A DNA stretch of 63,015 bases, filler included, from Cercozoa sp. M6MM (Eukaryota > Protista > Endomyxa: Ascetosporea): NCBI GenBank assembly GCA_040357565.1. It is 10 parts of 10 records of this genome, joined end to end, with 100 filler letters (N's around TTAATTAATTAA, not from the genome) between each part and the next. Parts side by side here need not be neighbours in the genome. Positions count along the whole stretch, not along the records: positions 61,816 to 63,015 come from JBDODJ010002120.1; 9 more parts are not named here. The stretch is one strand, 5' to 3'. Position numbers and translations under genes: made by a program. Positions 61,945-63,015 of the stretch are shown in pieces. Within the stretch, counting starts at the first letter, position 1. Each line of letters begins with the position of its first letter. The notes under the pieces are model-generated. The model was not told where the DNA came from, made no database searches, and saw only the letters and a list, made by a program, of their open reading frames with translations.

Positions 61945-62925
61945 CAGGTGTGCGCACAGTGACGCTTTCGTGCTTGAGCAGGTTGACCACCTGGGGGAGG
62001 GGGTAAAGAGGGGGCTGGGGGGGGCAAATCACTGAGTACCTGTCTGCAGCACTGCGACTGCAACACGGCCTGAATGCGCGTGTTCTGCTACAGCACACAT
62101 ACATACATAGGGGGGTAAAGGGGGGGGGGTAAAGGGAGAACCTGGCATACCTGTTGATCGTTGTCATCCGAGAGGTAGGACAATGCCCAACACGCGTCCG
62201 TGAGGACCTCCTTGTCCTGCATGTACAGAAGCGACGTCAGCACCGGCAGGGCTGTCCACATGTACACACATGTATACAGTCCATATGGACGGTACAAAAC
62301 AAGAGAGTGTGTGTACCGACACGCACAAGTTCGAATCGCGGCGCCGGTCGGCCACGACACAGGTTCGATAGCGTCCCTGCGGGGGGGGGGGGTAACAGGG
62401 ATGCAGGGGGGGGCAAACAAGGGGATGGAGGTAGACAGGGAGTGGGTGGGTTAACGGGGGGGGGGGGGGTAAACACAAAGAGTCGCTACAGGCACAGTTG
62501 CGCAGCATGGTGAGTTTCTGGTCCTGACACAGCGCCAGCAGCGGCTGCATCACGCCGGCCTCGAGCACCATGTTGCGGCACTGCGACGAGTCGCCCGCAA
62601 TGTTGCCCAGAGCCCACACTGCCTGTTGGTACATGGGGTAGGAGTAGGGATAGGGGATAGGGATAGGGGATAGGGATAGGGGATAGGGATAGGGGATAGG
62701 GTAGGGTACCTGCTCACGCACAGTCTCGTTGGGCACGGCCAGCAGTCGCACGAACTCGGGAATACCGCCGGCATTCACAACGGCCGCCGTCTGCTCGCGG
62801 TTGCCCTGTCCACGCCAGCAAAGTTATAACCTTTTACCGCCCCCCTCCTCCCTCCTGCTAATCTGGTCTACCGAAGCAATGTTGGTGAGTGCCCAGGCCG
62901 CTTCAAACACGAGGTCCGGCAAGCC
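61945..62925 (-). CDS. KPNA: Importin alpha, internal ARM-repeat exons
   Basis: [12 protein letters not shown]|GNREQT...EQ|[12 protein letters not shown]...MLRNCA|WTLSNLCRG...[17 protein letters not shown]. Confidence 0.97.
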
Positions 62926-63015
62926 TATGTAAACAAGTGCACATACAGTAGGTGGGCTGGGGGGGGGGGGTAAAGGGATAAAGAGGGAATAAAGAGAAAG
63001 CAAAGGAGTAAAGGA

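Overview
Eukaryotic nuclear DNA from an intron-dense, microsatellite-rich protist. It is ten short contigs joined by artificial N-TTAATTAATTAA-N linkers, so synteny across linkers is meaningless. The gene models below are hand-spliced; the ones traced through use GT-AG introns (mostly about 50-150 nt) and the standard code. Recognisable genes: a C2-domain (copine-like) protein, REEP/Yop1, a Nrd1/Seb1/SCAF8-like CID-RRM-RS protein, a RING protein, an SDR, two ankyrin proteins, U2AF35, a G-protein gamma subunit, an aspartic protease, a divergent eIF4E, LETM1, an N-terminal-only CAP/Srv2, NDPK, an axonemal dynein p28-like protein, histone H1, listerin, AK6, PEX5, a PIP-kinase, a Bmt5-like methyltransferase with zinc fingers, RquA and importin alpha. 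Most notable: (1) an intron-rich rquA, implying rhodoquinone-based anaerobic respiration; (2) strand-polarised intronic TTTACCCC arrays that are antisense to the 5' splice site, with an inverted G-rich copy in a U2AF35 intron; (3) an 81-bp inverted duplicate apparently used as exon plus donor on opposite strands of two genes; (4) a stand-alone N-CAP next to an unexplained ~260-nt structured element; (5) an eIF4E with Tyr at both cap-stacking Trp positions. The taxon cannot be fixed from this window. All family calls come from motif recognition, not database searches.
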